Positions 44,319-54,429 of a stretch of 58,672 bases of DNA are shown here, piece by piece (the first letter of the stretch is position 1; every line of letters begins with the position of its first letter). A model generated the notes under the pieces. It saw only the letters and a program-made list of their open reading frames with translations, was not told where the DNA came from and made no database searches. Both the position numbers and the translations under genes were made by a program. Origin of the DNA: Planctomycetota bacterium (GTDB lineage: Bacteria > Planctomycetota > UBA11346). The DNA lies in assembly GCA_031425255.1 (NCBI GenBank), contig JANPIY010000289.1, forward strand, positions 1-58,672, given 5' to 3'.

Positions 44319-44786
44319 TCACATATCCCCGTCGAACTCCGCATAATACGCCTTGAGCGTTCCGGCGTCGGCGCTGCCCAGGCATTTCAGGATCTTATGG
44401 AAAGGAAAATATTCGACCTTGGTGTCGGGGACGTAGACCGAGAAGTTGGTGAAGTTGTCCTTGGCGCGGAAGGCCGTGATCGAGTTGCCGCGCTGCAACA
44501 TCATGCACGCCAGCACCGCTCCCAGGGCGTTGGTGTGCCACTTGAAGGGATTGGAGTCCGTGGGCCAGTTGCGCGCACGCACGCGGCCGATGATCACCTC
44601 GAGCGCGGCTATCCCGGCAGCCGGGTCGTCGAATGAGACTTCGACTCCGTGTTGCGCCTGGAGATCGGTGCTCGCCTGCGAAGCGTATTCGACCAGCTTC
44701 TCGATCGCCGCCACGTAGGCCTCGTCGATTAGCAGCGGCCCGAGCTTGGACGTGGGGAAGGCGCTCCCGCGCAGACATTCGGCCAT
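44319..44786 (-). CDS. Hypothetical protein
   Basis: 155 aa from the ATG at 44786 (MAECLRGSAFPTSKLGPLLIDEAYVAAIEKL...). I did not recognise any motif. G+C looks somewhat lower by eye. Confidence 0.55.
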   Translation of the reverse strand: MAECLRGSAFPTSKLGPLLIDEAYVAAIEKLVEYASQASTDLQAQHGVEVSFDDPAAGIAALEVIIGRVRARNWPTDSNPFKWHTNALGAVLACMMLQRGNSITAFRAKDNFTNFSVYVPDTKVEYFPFHKILKCLGSADAGTLKAYYAEFDGDM

Positions 44787-44805
44787 GGTCGGCTCCTTCG
44801 CCAGC

Positions 44806-45273
44806 TCAGATGGATGGGCGGGTGAGGACGGCGCAGACCGCGGGGGGCACCAGGGCATCGAGCGGTAGGGCCGCACCCGCCACCAGCTTCACCAGCCGTG
44901 AACTGAGGTGCTGATGCGCCGCATCCGCCACCAGGAAAAGGGTGTCGAGACCATGGGCCCGATTGATCTGCGCCATGCCGAACTCGGCGTCGAGATCGGC
45001 GGCGTTGCGCAGTCCGCGCACCAGCACGCCGCACCCCTGCGCCTTGGCGAACGTCACGGTCGCACCCTGGTAGGCGGCCGCGCTGACATTGCCGAGTTCG
45101 CGACTGAGCATGGTCAGCAGGGCGATACGCTGCTCAGCGCTGACCAGCGGCTGCTTGTCGGGATTGAGGGCTACGCCGATCACCAGGTGATCGACCTGAC
45201 GTGCCGCGCGCCGGATCAGGTCCAGGTGACCGAGGTGCGGCGGATCGAAAGACCCCGGGTAGAGCGCCTTCAT
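44806..45273 (-). CDS. coaD: Pantetheine-phosphate adenylyltransferase
   Basis: MKALYPGSFDPPHLGHLDLIRRA carries the nucleotidyltransferase H-x-G-H motif, followed by ...VRGLRNAADLDAEF...SSRLVK. The ORF opens at 45417. Confidence 0.9.
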   Translation of the reverse strand: MKALYPGSFDPPHLGHLDLIRRAARQVDHLVIGVALNPDKQPLVSAEQRIALLTMLSRELGNVSAAAYQGATVTFAKAQGCGVLVRGLRNAADLDAEFGMAQINRAHGLDTLFLVADAAHQHLSSRLVKLVAGAALPLDALVPPAVCAVLTRPSI

Positions 45274-45310
45274 CGCCGGTCGGCGCCTGCAGCGTTCGGT
45301 CTGACCGGGA

Positions 45311-46048
45311 TCACCGGATGTCTTCGTCGATGCGCGCGATGAGGTCGGCGGCCAGGGTCTCTTCGCCCCCGTTGTTCTGATGGACCACGCGTACCGACTG
45401 TAGCAATCCATCAGCATTCATCCGTTTGGACAGGACGTAGCACACCAGGCTGCCACCGGTCTTGAAGACGATGCGATCGAGTTTGCCGAGATCCGAGGGC
45501 GGTTCGTAGACCGGCTTGGCCACCGGCTTGTCGCCATCGGCCGGCTTGTCGCCTCCTGCGGGAGCGGCCGCGGGCGCATCGCCTGGTTTGACGCCGTCCT
45601 TGCCTTCGGCCGCCTTCTTCTTTTCGACCTCCTCCAGTTCCTTGATCTTCTTTTCGCCGTCGGCGATCTTCTTCTGGGTCTCCTGGTCCTTCTTACGTGC
45701 GCCCAGCCAGTTGTTCCACTCGCTGGCGTCATCGCTGGCGGGGTACCCGGGATAACCATTGCCGCGATTGAGGAGGGTCGGCTGGAGGCCGGTGCGGGCG
45801 CGCAGGCTCATCACCGCCTCATCGTGCACCTGACGATCGTTGACGCCCCTGATCAGGAGCTCGAAGGCCAGGTCGTCCTGATCCTTGCCCAGAGCCTGGG
45901 CCGCGCGCAGGGCCTCCTTCTTGTCGCTCGACTGCCCTTGCGAGAAGGCCTTTTCGAACTGCGCCTTCACCGCATCGCCATCCGCGGCCATGCCGAACGG
46001 TGACAACCAGGCCAAAGACAAAGCCAACAGCAGGGCAGGTGGACGCAT
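45311..46048 (-). CDS. Secreted hypothetical protein with Lys/Glu-rich central segment
   Basis: I start it at the ATG at 46048 (MRPPALLLALSLAWLSPFGMAADG, a signal peptide). The centre is KKDQETQKKIADGEKKIKELEEVEKKKAAEGKDG. I did not recognise any domain. Confidence 0.6.
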   Translation of the reverse strand: MRPPALLLALSLAWLSPFGMAADGDAVKAQFEKAFSQGQSSDKKEALRAAQALGKDQDDLAFELLIRGVNDRQVHDEAVMSLRARTGLQPTLLNRGNGYPGYPASDDASEWNNWLGARKKDQETQKKIADGEKKIKELEEVEKKKAAEGKDGVKPGDAPAAAPAGGDKPADGDKPVAKPVYEPPSDLGKLDRIVFKTGGSLVCYVLSKRMNADGLLQSVRVVHQNNGGEETLAADLIARIDEDIR

Positions 46049-46065
46049 AGATGGTTCTCCAGAGC

Positions 46066-46626
46066 TCAGACGGCGGTCGCCAGCATGTCTTGCGCCACTT
46101 TGCTGGCAACGTCCGCACCGGCGATCACGCGGGCCAGTTCCAACCCCAGGGCCAGGGCTGTTCCCGGTCCCTGCGAGGTGATCAGATTGCCATCCACCAC
46201 CACCCGTTGATCCAGCCAAGCGCTGCAATGGGGTTCGACCTGGGCGCGCACCCCAGGGTAGGAGGTCAAGCGCCGGCCGCGGCACAGGCCGCGTGGGACG
46301 AGCGCGATGGGTGCTGCGCAGATGACGGCAAGCAGGCGCCCGGCGGCGAGTTGCGCCGCGATCAGGTCCTGGATGCGCGGATCATCGCGATGGACCGCCG
46401 CCGAACCCCCGCCGCCAGGCAGGTAGATCACGTCGAAGGTCTGCAGCCGCACATGATCGAGCAGGGTATGGGCGCCGAGCGGGATGCCGCGACTGCCATT
46501 GACCAGCGGCACGGCGGTAGTGCTCGCGACCGTGACGGCTTGTCCGGCGCGCACCAGGACATCGGGAACGGTGACGGCCTCAATCTCCTCCGCCCCCGGG
46601 GCCAGCACCACCAGGATGGTCGCCAT
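46066..46626 (-). CDS. DJ-1/PfpI family protein
   Basis: MATILVVLAPGAEEIEAVT...DVIYLPGG...LLAVICAAP (nucleophile-elbow Cys)...DGNLITSQGPGTA. The ORF opens at 46758. Confidence 0.9.
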   Translation of the reverse strand: MATILVVLAPGAEEIEAVTVPDVLVRAGQAVTVASTTAVPLVNGSRGIPLGAHTLLDHVRLQTFDVIYLPGGGGSAAVHRDDPRIQDLIAAQLAAGRLLAVICAAPIALVPRGLCRGRRLTSYPGVRAQVEPHCSAWLDQRVVVDGNLITSQGPGTALALGLELARVIAGADVASKVAQDMLATAV

Positions 46627-46708
46627 GATGAACACTCCCTCGGGTTGCGCTGTCGATGCCGTCGACTCTGGCGCGTTGCGTCGTGCGGATCGTGGGCGAC
46701 CATCCGCC

Positions 46709-47365
46709 ATGCGATGGATGGTGCAAGGTTGCGCGTTGCTGGTGCTGTTCCTGCCCATCCGGGCGACCTCCGCTGCCGAACCCGCGGCCGCGCTGCTTGA
46801 GCAGGTGGTCGCCGCCCAGCAAGGTCACACCACGGTGCAGGGACGCCTGCGCTGGACCACGCGTCAGATCGACGATGCCAGCGCGCCGATACGTGAACAG
46901 CTCGTCCGTTTCCTGCTGACCTTCCCCAACCGTTACCACGTGGTGGTCAGCAAACCCGACGATCCCGAGTCACGCCAGAGCTACGTCAGCGATGGCACCA
47001 CCCGCTGGGAGGTCAGCCAGCTCTTCGCCGGCGAGAAACCAGACGTGAAATCCGCGCCGGTGGGTGGCGACGACGCCTTTGAACGACGCCTGATGGCCTG
47101 CTTCCGCTTCGACCTCGCCAGCCTGCAACGTGATTTCACCATTATGGCGCAAGCCGTCGCCGACGGCGGCACCGAGATCCGCCTGACGCCGATCGCCGCG
47201 CAGTTGAAAGAACAGCTCACCGTGCTGGTACTGTCCTTCGACGCCAGACACGTGCTGCGCGCGATCCGCAGTGACGATCCGCAGGGCAACCGCCTCGGGT
47301 TCGTGGTGGTGGAGGCGGTCTACGATCAGCCGATCGATGAGGCCGTGTTCCGCGTCATGCCGTGA
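46709..47365 (+). CDS. LolA-like / outer-membrane lipoprotein carrier-like periplasmic protein
   Basis: The signal peptide MRWMVQGCALLVLFLPIRATSAAE is followed by a beta-rich ~195-aa body whose pattern resembles LolA/LolB-fold proteins. This assignment is tentative. Confidence 0.6.
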   Translation: MRWMVQGCALLVLFLPIRATSAAEPAAALLEQVVAAQQGHTTVQGRLRWTTRQIDDASAPIREQLVRFLLTFPNRYHVVVSKPDDPESRQSYVSDGTTRWEVSQLFAGEKPDVKSAPVGGDDAFERRLMACFRFDLASLQRDFTIMAQAVADGGTEIRLTPIAAQLKEQLTVLVLSFDARHVLRAIRSDDPQGNRLGFVVVEAVYDQPIDEAVFRVMP

Positions 47366-47423
47366 TCTCCAGCCTGGCGGGCACGGGCCCGCTCTTGGGG
47401 ATGGGAATCGTTGAGAAACCCAC

Positions 47424-48002
47424 ATGATCCGCCGCCCACCGAGGTACCTCATGGCCCGTGCCCGCTCCTCAGCTGCCATCCGTTCCAGCCCGACCCGCAC
47501 CGCCAAGCACCTGCCGACGGCGACGCTCGGCAAGCGCCGGGCCACTCCGTTCACCTACGCGCCGCAGCTGCTCGAGGCGGTGCCCCTATCCCTCGCCCGC
47601 GAGTTCGTCTGCAGCAACCTGTGGGTGAGCAACAATTGCCTGCGCTTCACCAGCCTCTGTCCGGTGACCGGGCAGCCGGACTGGGCCGACATCTACCTCA
47701 ACTACATCCCCTCGGCGCAGCTGGTGGAGAGCAAGTCGTTCAAGGAATACCTGGGCAGCTTCCGCATGCACGGCGATTTCCACGAGGACGTCTGCCGCAT
47801 CATCGGCGATGATCTGGTGCGCCTGCTCGCTCCACGCTATCTGGAGGTCATCGGCCAGTTCGACAGCCGCGGGTCGATCGCCATCTGGCCTTACGTGCAG
47901 TACGCCATGCCGGGCGATGAAGCGATGCAGAAACTCATGAGCGAGCGGATGACGAATTACGCGCCGGGGAAATACTCAGCGCAGTACGCGCGCTCGATTT
48001 GA
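47424..48002 (+). CDS. queF: NADPH-dependent 7-cyano-7-deazaguanine reductase (unimodular type)
   Basis: The catalytic Cys context is SLCPVTGQPDWA and the QueF motif is ESKSFKEYL. The N-terminal extension is Arg/Ser-rich. The start is at 47424 or 47451. Confidence 0.9.
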   Translation: MIRRPPRYLMARARSSAAIRSSPTRTAKHLPTATLGKRRATPFTYAPQLLEAVPLSLAREFVCSNLWVSNNCLRFTSLCPVTGQPDWADIYLNYIPSAQLVESKSFKEYLGSFRMHGDFHEDVCRIIGDDLVRLLAPRYLEVIGQFDSRGSIAIWPYVQYAMPGDEAMQKLMSERMTNYAPGKYSAQYARSI

Positions 48003-48026
48003 ACGCCGTCCCTTCGGAGACCACCC

Positions 48027-48839
48027 CTACTTCGCGCCGACCTTGAGCATGTACGCGCCGGCGGCGAGGAGATCGTCGTCGGGCATCGGCACGGCGATCA
48101 TCGGCGGGTAATCCGCCCGCTTCTTTCCCGGCGCCTTGGCCCACTCGGCGATGCCCTTGGGGTTACCCTTGTAGATCTCGGCGATCTCCTGGATCGGCGG
48201 ACCCACCAGGCGTTTATCCAGCGCGTGGCAGACGATGCAGACGGTCTTGAAGACTTTCTCGCCCTTGATGACCTGGGGGTCGCTCTCGGCGATGACCACG
48301 GGGTTGGCAGCGGAGATAGGCGGCGGCGTCACACTCACCGGTGGCGGTGCGACCGCCGCCACCGCGACTGGCGGCGGCGGCGGATTCGCCAAGCGATAGG
48401 CGTACGTCACTTCATCCTGATGCACCAGTTTGGTCGTCACCAGGGCCACGCAGAACAACAGGAAGCTCACCATGATGTGGGTGAAGCGGGTGCCGGCGCC
48501 GCGGGTGGGCACCGCCAGTTCGCGCCAGGTCCACAGCACGCTGGCGAGCAGGCACAGCAGACCCAGCTCCATCGCAGCGGCGCTACGCAGGGTCAGGCCG
48601 GCTGGGGCGAGCAGCGCCATGGTCACCGGCACCATCGCCAGATTCAATGCATTGAGGATGAGCGCGACGCGCAGGAAGAACCGTTTGCCCGCACCGCGCG
48701 GGTCGCCGTCATCGCCGGCGAAGCCGCGCACGATGACCAGGGCCATGGCAGCATGAGTCGCCAATAGCACCACCGCCACCACGGCGGAGATCATCAGGGG
48801 CATGGACATGGGTTGGAACTGAGCGACGTCTGCTGGCAT
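48027..48839 (-). CDS. Membrane protein with C-terminal mono-heme cytochrome c domain
   Basis: About 5 TM helices and a Pro-rich linker (NPPPPPVAVAAVAPPPVSVTPPP) are followed by KTVCIVCHALD (CxxCH) and a distal Met region (YPPMIAVPM). Confidence 0.8.
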   Translation of the reverse strand: MPADVAQFQPMSMPLMISAVVAVVLLATHAAMALVIVRGFAGDDGDPRGAGKRFFLRVALILNALNLAMVPVTMALLAPAGLTLRSAAAMELGLLCLLASVLWTWRELAVPTRGAGTRFTHIMVSFLLFCVALVTTKLVHQDEVTYAYRLANPPPPPVAVAAVAPPPVSVTPPPISAANPVVIAESDPQVIKGEKVFKTVCIVCHALDKRLVGPPIQEIAEIYKGNPKGIAEWAKAPGKKRADYPPMIAVPMPDDDLLAAGAYMLKVGAK

Positions 48840-49141
48840 GGGTGCGGGGTCTTAACTCCTGGAGCGCCCACGGGAATAGGGTGTCAGTGGCAGCTGCGAC
48901 CGCGCGTGCTACCCGCACGGTGATCGGAAGGCGGTCACGAGGTTGCACCCGGGACGTTAGCCCTGCATCTTACGCGGCCGCAGGTACAGCCCCGAGGCTT
49001 CGAGCTCATCCTCACGCCTTGGTCTGGAGTCGTGGTTGTAGGACCAGGTCCAGCACCTTCGCATCGACAAAGTGAACAATGCCACGCCCGGTCGCGGGTA
49101 TGGTTTATCCCTTCCCCGCACCTCTTGAGGATTCACACATC

Positions 49142-51946
49142 ATGGGACTGCTCCCTTCGACCCGCTCGCTCGCCCTCATCCCTCTGCTGGCCTCATTGGC
49201 CAGCCTCGGCGCCGCCGAGCTGCAGCCGGGTCTCATTGGTGAATACTTCGCATTGAAGGAGTCGCCCAGCGACTTCCCCAAGGTCGACGGCGTCAAGCCG
49301 ACCCTGGTACGGGTAGAAAAGCAGGTGAATTTCGCGGACTCCTCGGGCGAGTTCTACAAGACCAAGCTGAGCTCCGACTTCTTCGCGCGCTGGAGCGGGG
49401 TGGTGAAGATCGCCGAGGCCGGCACCTACACCTTCAGCACCGAGTCAGATGACGGCTCCCGCCTCTTCATCGGTGCCAAGGAGGTCGTCAGCAACGGCGG
49501 CTCGCACGGGATGATCAAGAAATCTGGCGAGATCGAGCTGACCGCGGGTGAGCACCCCATCCTGATCGAGTACTTCCAGGGTGGCGCCGGCGCCGGCTGC
49601 AAGGTGTCGTGGAAGGGACCCAAGGGCGACGAACAGCCCATCCCGACCACCGCGCTGGGTCATGACAAGGCCAAGCTGACTGCCATCGCCTGGGATGAAG
49701 CCGCTTGGAAGAAGAAGAACACCGGCGGCAACAACCAGGACGCGTGGTACTACAAGATGGACACCGGTCCGATCCTGTCGGCCAGCATCGGCAGCAAATG
49801 GCCGGACAAGAACCTCGCGATCAAGGGCGTCGCCGTGAACATCGGCGCCGGCGTCGGCAAGGAAGGCCTCAAGGCCGGCGTCTGCTTCGATACCGATCTG
49901 CTGCGCTACAGCGCGGGCTGGACCGACGGCTGGCTCGACATCAAAGGCGTCGCCTATGACGGCAGCCACGGGCCCGCGGGCCCGACCACCGCGGGCGAAC
50001 AGATGTTCGGCACCAGTCCCACTCCCGGCTGGTCCAAAGGCGACAACCTCGCAGATCCACGCAGCGAACCCTTCGGCCCGTTGCCGGCGGAGTGGGCGAA
50101 ATGGAAAGGACTCTACGTCAACGGCAATCAGGCGGTGCTGAGCTACACCGTCGGCGGTGCCGCGGTCCTCGAAGTGCCAGGCCTTGAGGCCGAGGGCAAG
50201 GTCATCAGCCGCACCTTCAAACTCGCCAAGTTCGGCGCCGCCTCGACCATGGTGGTGAGCGTACTGCCGGATGGCATGGGGACGGTCGACGCTGGCGTCG
50301 CGACGCTCAAGGGCGGGGCGAAATCGCTGTCGGCATTCCTGGTGGGCGCGCCCGCGGGAGTCACCCTGGTGGTCGACGGCAACCGCATCCTGATGAAGGT
50401 CCCGGCTGGTGCGGCCGGGGTGTTCAAGCTGGCGCTGAGCGCCGATGCCGCTGCTGCCAAGGCCGCCGGCGCGGCGGTCGACCCCACCTCATTGACCAAG
50501 GGCGGCGCCGCCCTGTGGACGACCCCCGTCGAGACCAAGGGTACGCTCGGCAAGAAGGAGGGCGCCTACACCGTCGACACCATCACCCTGCCGGATGAGA
50601 ACCCTTACGGCTCGAAGCTGCGCCTGGCCGGCGTCGACTTCTTCAGCGATGGCCGCGCCGCGGTCTCGACCTGGAACGGCGACGTGTGGATCTGCTCGGG
50701 CATCGACGACAAGCTCGAGAAGTTGACCTGGAAACGCTACGCCGCAGGCCTCTACCACACCCTCGGACTGCGCATCGTCGACGACAAGATCTACACCATC
50801 GGCAAGGACCAGCTCACCCGCCTGCACGATCTCAATGGCGACGGTGAAGCGGACTTCTTCGAGAATTTCAACAACGACATGCACGCCACGCCCGGCTTCC
50901 ATGAATTCGTCCTCGACCTGCATACCGACGGCGCGGGCAACTTCATCTTCGCCAAGGGCGGCCCGGTGCGCCCAGGTGGCCGCGGTTGGGAAACCATCAG
51001 CGAACACGCCGGCACCGTCATGCGCGTCTCGAAGGACGGCGCGAAACTGGAAGTCATCGGCACCGGTGTGCGCGCGCCCAACGGCTCCGGCTACGGCGGT
51101 CAGGACAACCTGGTGACCGTCGGCGATAACGAAGGCACCTGGACTCCGGCCTGCCGCGTCACCGCCATCCCGCCGCACAAGATCCCGATGTTCGTCGGCG
51201 TGCCGGATCTCGCGCACATGACGCCACCGCCGACCGATTACACCCGTCCGATCTACTGGACGCCGCACAGCATCGACAACTCGAATGGCGGCCAGGTATG
51301 GTCGCCCAAGGGCGACAAGTGGGGTTCGCTCAGCGAACGCCTGCTGCACATCGGCTATGGCAAGGGCGACCTGCACTTGGTGATGATGGAGAAGATCCCC
51401 GACGCGGCGAACAATTGCGGTTACCAGGGCGGCACCGTGCGCCTGCCGCTCAACTTCAACACCGGCATCGCCCGTGGTCGCTTCAACCCCAAGGACGGGC
51501 AGCTCTACGTCGCCGGCCTCAAGGGCTGGCAGACCAACGGCGCCCGTGATGGCGGCCTGCAACGCGTGCGGGTGACCGGCGAGGCCTTCAATTCGGTGGT
51601 CGGGTTGTCGATCAAGAAGAACGGCATCAACCTGACGTTCTCCAGCAAGCTGGACCCGGTCGAAGGCGCCAACAAGGACAACTACGCGATCGAGCAGTGG
51701 AACTACAAGTGGACGGGCGAGTACGGCAGCAAGCACTTCAAGCCCAGCACCGACAACAAGGAGAATGGCGCAGACAAGGTGACGGTCACCAGCGCCAAGC
51801 TGGCAGCCGATGGCAAATCGGTGTTCCTCGAGATGCCGGTGCAGGTGGTGATGCAGATGAAGATCCAGCTGCGGGTGCCGACCGCCGACGGTGCGGCCAT
51901 CAGCCAGGAGATCTACAACACCGTCAACCACGTGCCGGCGGAATGA
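49142..51946 (+). CDS. Secreted PA14-domain / beta-propeller (membrane-bound-dehydrogenase-like) protein
   Basis: The signal peptide is MGLLPSTRSLALIPLLASLASLGA. The PA14 region reads LIGEYF...FFARWSGVVKIAEAGTYTFSTESDDGSRLFIG...IEYFQGGAGAG. The long C-terminal part has propeller-like repeats (DGRAAVSTWNGDVWI...). It contains no CxxCH. The ORF opens at 49079. Confidence 0.85.
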   Translation: MGLLPSTRSLALIPLLASLASLGAAELQPGLIGEYFALKESPSDFPKVDGVKPTLVRVEKQVNFADSSGEFYKTKLSSDFFARWSGVVKIAEAGTYTFSTESDDGSRLFIGAKEVVSNGGSHGMIKKSGEIELTAGEHPILIEYFQGGAGAGCKVSWKGPKGDEQPIPTTALGHDKAKLTAIAWDEAAWKKKNTGGNNQDAWYYKMDTGPILSASIGSKWPDKNLAIKGVAVNIGAGVGKEGLKAGVCFDTDLLRYSAGWTDGWLDIKGVAYDGSHGPAGPTTAGEQMFGTSPTPGWSKGDNLADPRSEPFGPLPAEWAKWKGLYVNGNQAVLSYTVGGAAVLEVPGLEAEGKVISRTFKLAKFGAASTMVVSVLPDGMGTVDAGVATLKGGAKSLSAFLVGAPAGVTLVVDGNRILMKVPAGAAGVFKLALSADAAAAKAAGAAVDPTSLTKGGAALWTTPVETKGTLGKKEGAYTVDTITLPDENPYGSKLRLAGVDFFSDGRAAVSTWNGDVWICSGIDDKLEKLTWKRYAAGLYHTLGLRIVDDKIYTIGKDQLTRLHDLNGDGEADFFENFNNDMHATPGFHEFVLDLHTDGAGNFIFAKGGPVRPGGRGWETISEHAGTVMRVSKDGAKLEVIGTGVRAPNGSGYGGQDNLVTVGDNEGTWTPACRVTAIPPHKIPMFVGVPDLAHMTPPPTDYTRPIYWTPHSIDNSNGGQVWSPKGDKWGSLSERLLHIGYGKGDLHLVMMEKIPDAANNCGYQGGTVRLPLNFNTGIARGRFNPKDGQLYVAGLKGWQTNGARDGGLQRVRVTGEAFNSVVGLSIKKNGINLTFSSKLDPVEGANKDNYAIEQWNYKWTGEYGSKHFKPSTDNKENGADKVTVTSAKLAADGKSVFLEMPVQVVMQMKIQLRVPTADGAAISQEIYNTVNHVPAE

Positions 51947-52034
51947 CCGCCACGGCGTGAACCCACGCCCTGGATGATGACTGAGTCGACGACCGTGGCG
52001 GTGATCCGCCACGGTCGTTGTATTTCATGCGGCG

Positions 52035-54425
52035 ATGGCTGGACGACGCACGTCGACGCGATCAGCTGCGATACCTGCCCGATTGGAGCGTTCCGTGAGC
52101 GACCAGCCCTCTGCCCAAGGCGATCACCGCCCTCCCCTCAGCCTGCCGGTGAGTCTGGTTCTGCTGGTCCTGGTCCTGGCCGGCAATGGCCTCCTGCTGT
52201 TCTGGCCGCGTCCCGCCCTGACCGGGGCCCAGGTCACCATCACCACACCGGCGGCGGTTCCCGTCCAGGCGGCCACGCCGCCGGGCACGTCGACCTCGAC
52301 TTCGACCCCAGCGGTCCAGGCGGTCGTGGAGAAGGTACCCGCGCAGGCGACTCCGCCGGTGCAGGTCGTGCCGCCAGTGGCAGTGGTGAAGGCGCCCGAG
52401 CCCCCACCCGCCGAACTCATCGAACGTGGCCTGACCATGACCGTGCAGGCGCAGGCCGGTGGCGAGGTCGATCAGCGTACCGCTCGCGTCGTGTCGCTCT
52501 TCGTCCCCGCTGGCAGCGCGCCGACCCCGTTCATCGCCGCCGGACCCTTCACCGCGACCTTCGAGGGCTTCATCAACAAGGACGTGTGGGACAAGGTCGC
52601 CTTCACCGCTGAAGGCACCGGTTCGCTCACCTTCACCGTCAATGGCACGGCGGTGCTCGACATCACCGGCCCCGAGCTGGCCGCTGGCAAACCCGGCAAG
52701 ATCAAGCTCAACAAGGGCGCCAATCCGATCTCGCTGGTGTACAAGAGTCCCGCCAGCGGCGACGCGCGGCTGCGACTGTACTGGAGTGCCGCCGAGATCC
52801 CCGTCGAACCCCTGCCGGCGACGCTGTTCACCCACAACGCCGGCACCAAGGAGTTCCGCGCCGCGGCCAAGGTGCGCCTCGGTCGTGAGCTGGTCGGCAC
52901 CATGCGCTGCACCAAGTGCCATGCCGCCGATCCCGCCACCGCCAACGGCCTACCGGAACTGGCCATCGACGCCCCCGACCTGCGCGATGTCGGTGCGCGG
53001 CTCAACCAGGGCTGGATGGCGGCGTGGATCCGCGATCCCAAGGCGCTGCGCGCGCACGCCACCATGCCGCGGCTGCTGGTCGCCGACGGCAAGACCGAGG
53101 CCGACCTCGATGGCGAAGCGGCGTCGATGGCAGCGTTCCTCGCCACGCTCGGGAAAGCCGATGACACTGCGCTGGACGCCGACGACGCGGCCACCGCCCG
53201 CGGCGGACATCTCTTCGCCAAGCTCGCCTGCGCCTCCTGCCATCTCGCCAGCAACGATACGCCCGCGCACATCCCGCTCACCCATGTGAAGGCGAAGTGG
53301 AAACCCAAGGCGCTCGCAGCCTTCCTGCGCGAGCCAGCCAAACATTACGCCTGGATCAAGATGCCCAATTTCGGTTTCAGCGAGAGCGAAGCCAGCGATC
53401 TGGCGGCCTGGCTGCTGAAGAACGGCGCCGAGGAGCCGAAGAAGATCAGCGGCGGCAACGCTGGACTGGGCAAGGTGCTGATGGCCGGCGCCGGCTGCTC
53501 GTCCTGCCATCAGCTCGGTGACGTACCGCCGGTGATCGCCAACCCGCTCAAGACCCTGGCGCAGAACCGCGCCAACGGCTGCCTCGCCACCGACGCCAAA
53601 TCGCGTGGCCGGGCGCCTGATTTCGCTTTCAGCGCGGACGAGATCGCGGGCCTGCGCGCCCTGATCAAGACCGATCACAAGTCGCTCGCCCACCGCGACC
53701 CGGTGGAGTTCGCCGAACGCCGCATCAGCGCCCAGCGCTGCACCGCCTGCCACCAGCGCGACCACACCCAGTCGCTGATCTCGGGCATGGGTAGCGTGGT
53801 GGAGAAGCTGGTCGCCGGTCTGCCGCCAGCAGCCGCCGCTGAAGCGCACGGCGAACAAGGCGAAGGTGGTGCCGCCGCCGGCAACCCGCCACCGATGCTC
53901 ACCTTCACCGGCGACAAGCTGCGTCCGGAATGGACCGCGCGTCTGCTGACCGGCACCCTGCCGTACCGCACGCGTCCGTGGTTGGATCTACGCATGCCAG
54001 CCTTCCCCGCTGGTGCCGAGCTGGTGGCGCAGGGCCTGGCGATGTCGCATGGCCTGCCGCCGGTGACGCCACCGGATGCGCCGTCGCCCGGACCGGGCGC
54101 GGAAGATGGCATCAAACTGCTCGGCGCCGATGGCGGCTTCAACTGCAGCCAATGCCACAGCGTCGGCACGGCCCCCGCGGTAGCGATCTTCGAGGCTCCG
54201 GGCATCAACCTCGGCTACTCCGGCAGCCGCCTGCAGAAGGACTACTACCACCGTTGGATGCTCAACCCGTTGCGCTTCGATCCGACGACGCGGATGCCCA
54301 AGTTCGCCCAGGATGACGGCACCACGCCGCTGACCGACACCCTCGGTGGCCAGGCGCGCGACCAGTTCGAAGCGATCTGGCAACAGCTGAGCGAGGTCGG
54401 CAAGGCGAGCGACTTCCCGCACTGA
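52035..54425 (+). CDS. Membrane-anchored penta-heme c-type cytochrome with PA14-like N-terminal module
   Basis: It has a TM anchor (LSLPVSLVLLVLVLAG), a Pro/Thr/Val-rich linker and a PA14-like segment. Five CxxCH motifs follow: CTKCH, CASCH, CSSCH, CTACH and CSQCH. The start is at the ATG at 52035 or the GTG at 52095. Confidence 0.85.
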   Translation: MAGRRTSTRSAAIPARLERSVSDQPSAQGDHRPPLSLPVSLVLLVLVLAGNGLLLFWPRPALTGAQVTITTPAAVPVQAATPPGTSTSTSTPAVQAVVEKVPAQATPPVQVVPPVAVVKAPEPPPAELIERGLTMTVQAQAGGEVDQRTARVVSLFVPAGSAPTPFIAAGPFTATFEGFINKDVWDKVAFTAEGTGSLTFTVNGTAVLDITGPELAAGKPGKIKLNKGANPISLVYKSPASGDARLRLYWSAAEIPVEPLPATLFTHNAGTKEFRAAAKVRLGRELVGTMRCTKCHAADPATANGLPELAIDAPDLRDVGARLNQGWMAAWIRDPKALRAHATMPRLLVADGKTEADLDGEAASMAAFLATLGKADDTALDADDAATARGGHLFAKLACASCHLASNDTPAHIPLTHVKAKWKPKALAAFLREPAKHYAWIKMPNFGFSESEASDLAAWLLKNGAEEPKKISGGNAGLGKVLMAGAGCSSCHQLGDVPPVIANPLKTLAQNRANGCLATDAKSRGRAPDFAFSADEIAGLRALIKTDHKSLAHRDPVEFAERRISAQRCTACHQRDHTQSLISGMGSVVEKLVAGLPPAAAAEAHGEQGEGGAAAGNPPPMLTFTGDKLRPEWTARLLTGTLPYRTRPWLDLRMPAFPAGAELVAQGLAMSHGLPPVTPPDAPSPGPGAEDGIKLLGADGGFNCSQCHSVGTAPAVAIFEAPGINLGYSGSRLQKDYYHRWMLNPLRFDPTTRMPKFAQDDGTTPLTDTLGGQARDQFEAIWQQLSEVGKASDFPH

Positions 54426-54429
54426 GCTA

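Noticed and set aside
50489-52012. 507-aa minus-strand ORF.
   Set aside because: It is antisense to the PA14/propeller gene. Its composition is Arg/Gly/Asp/His-rich and no motif is present.
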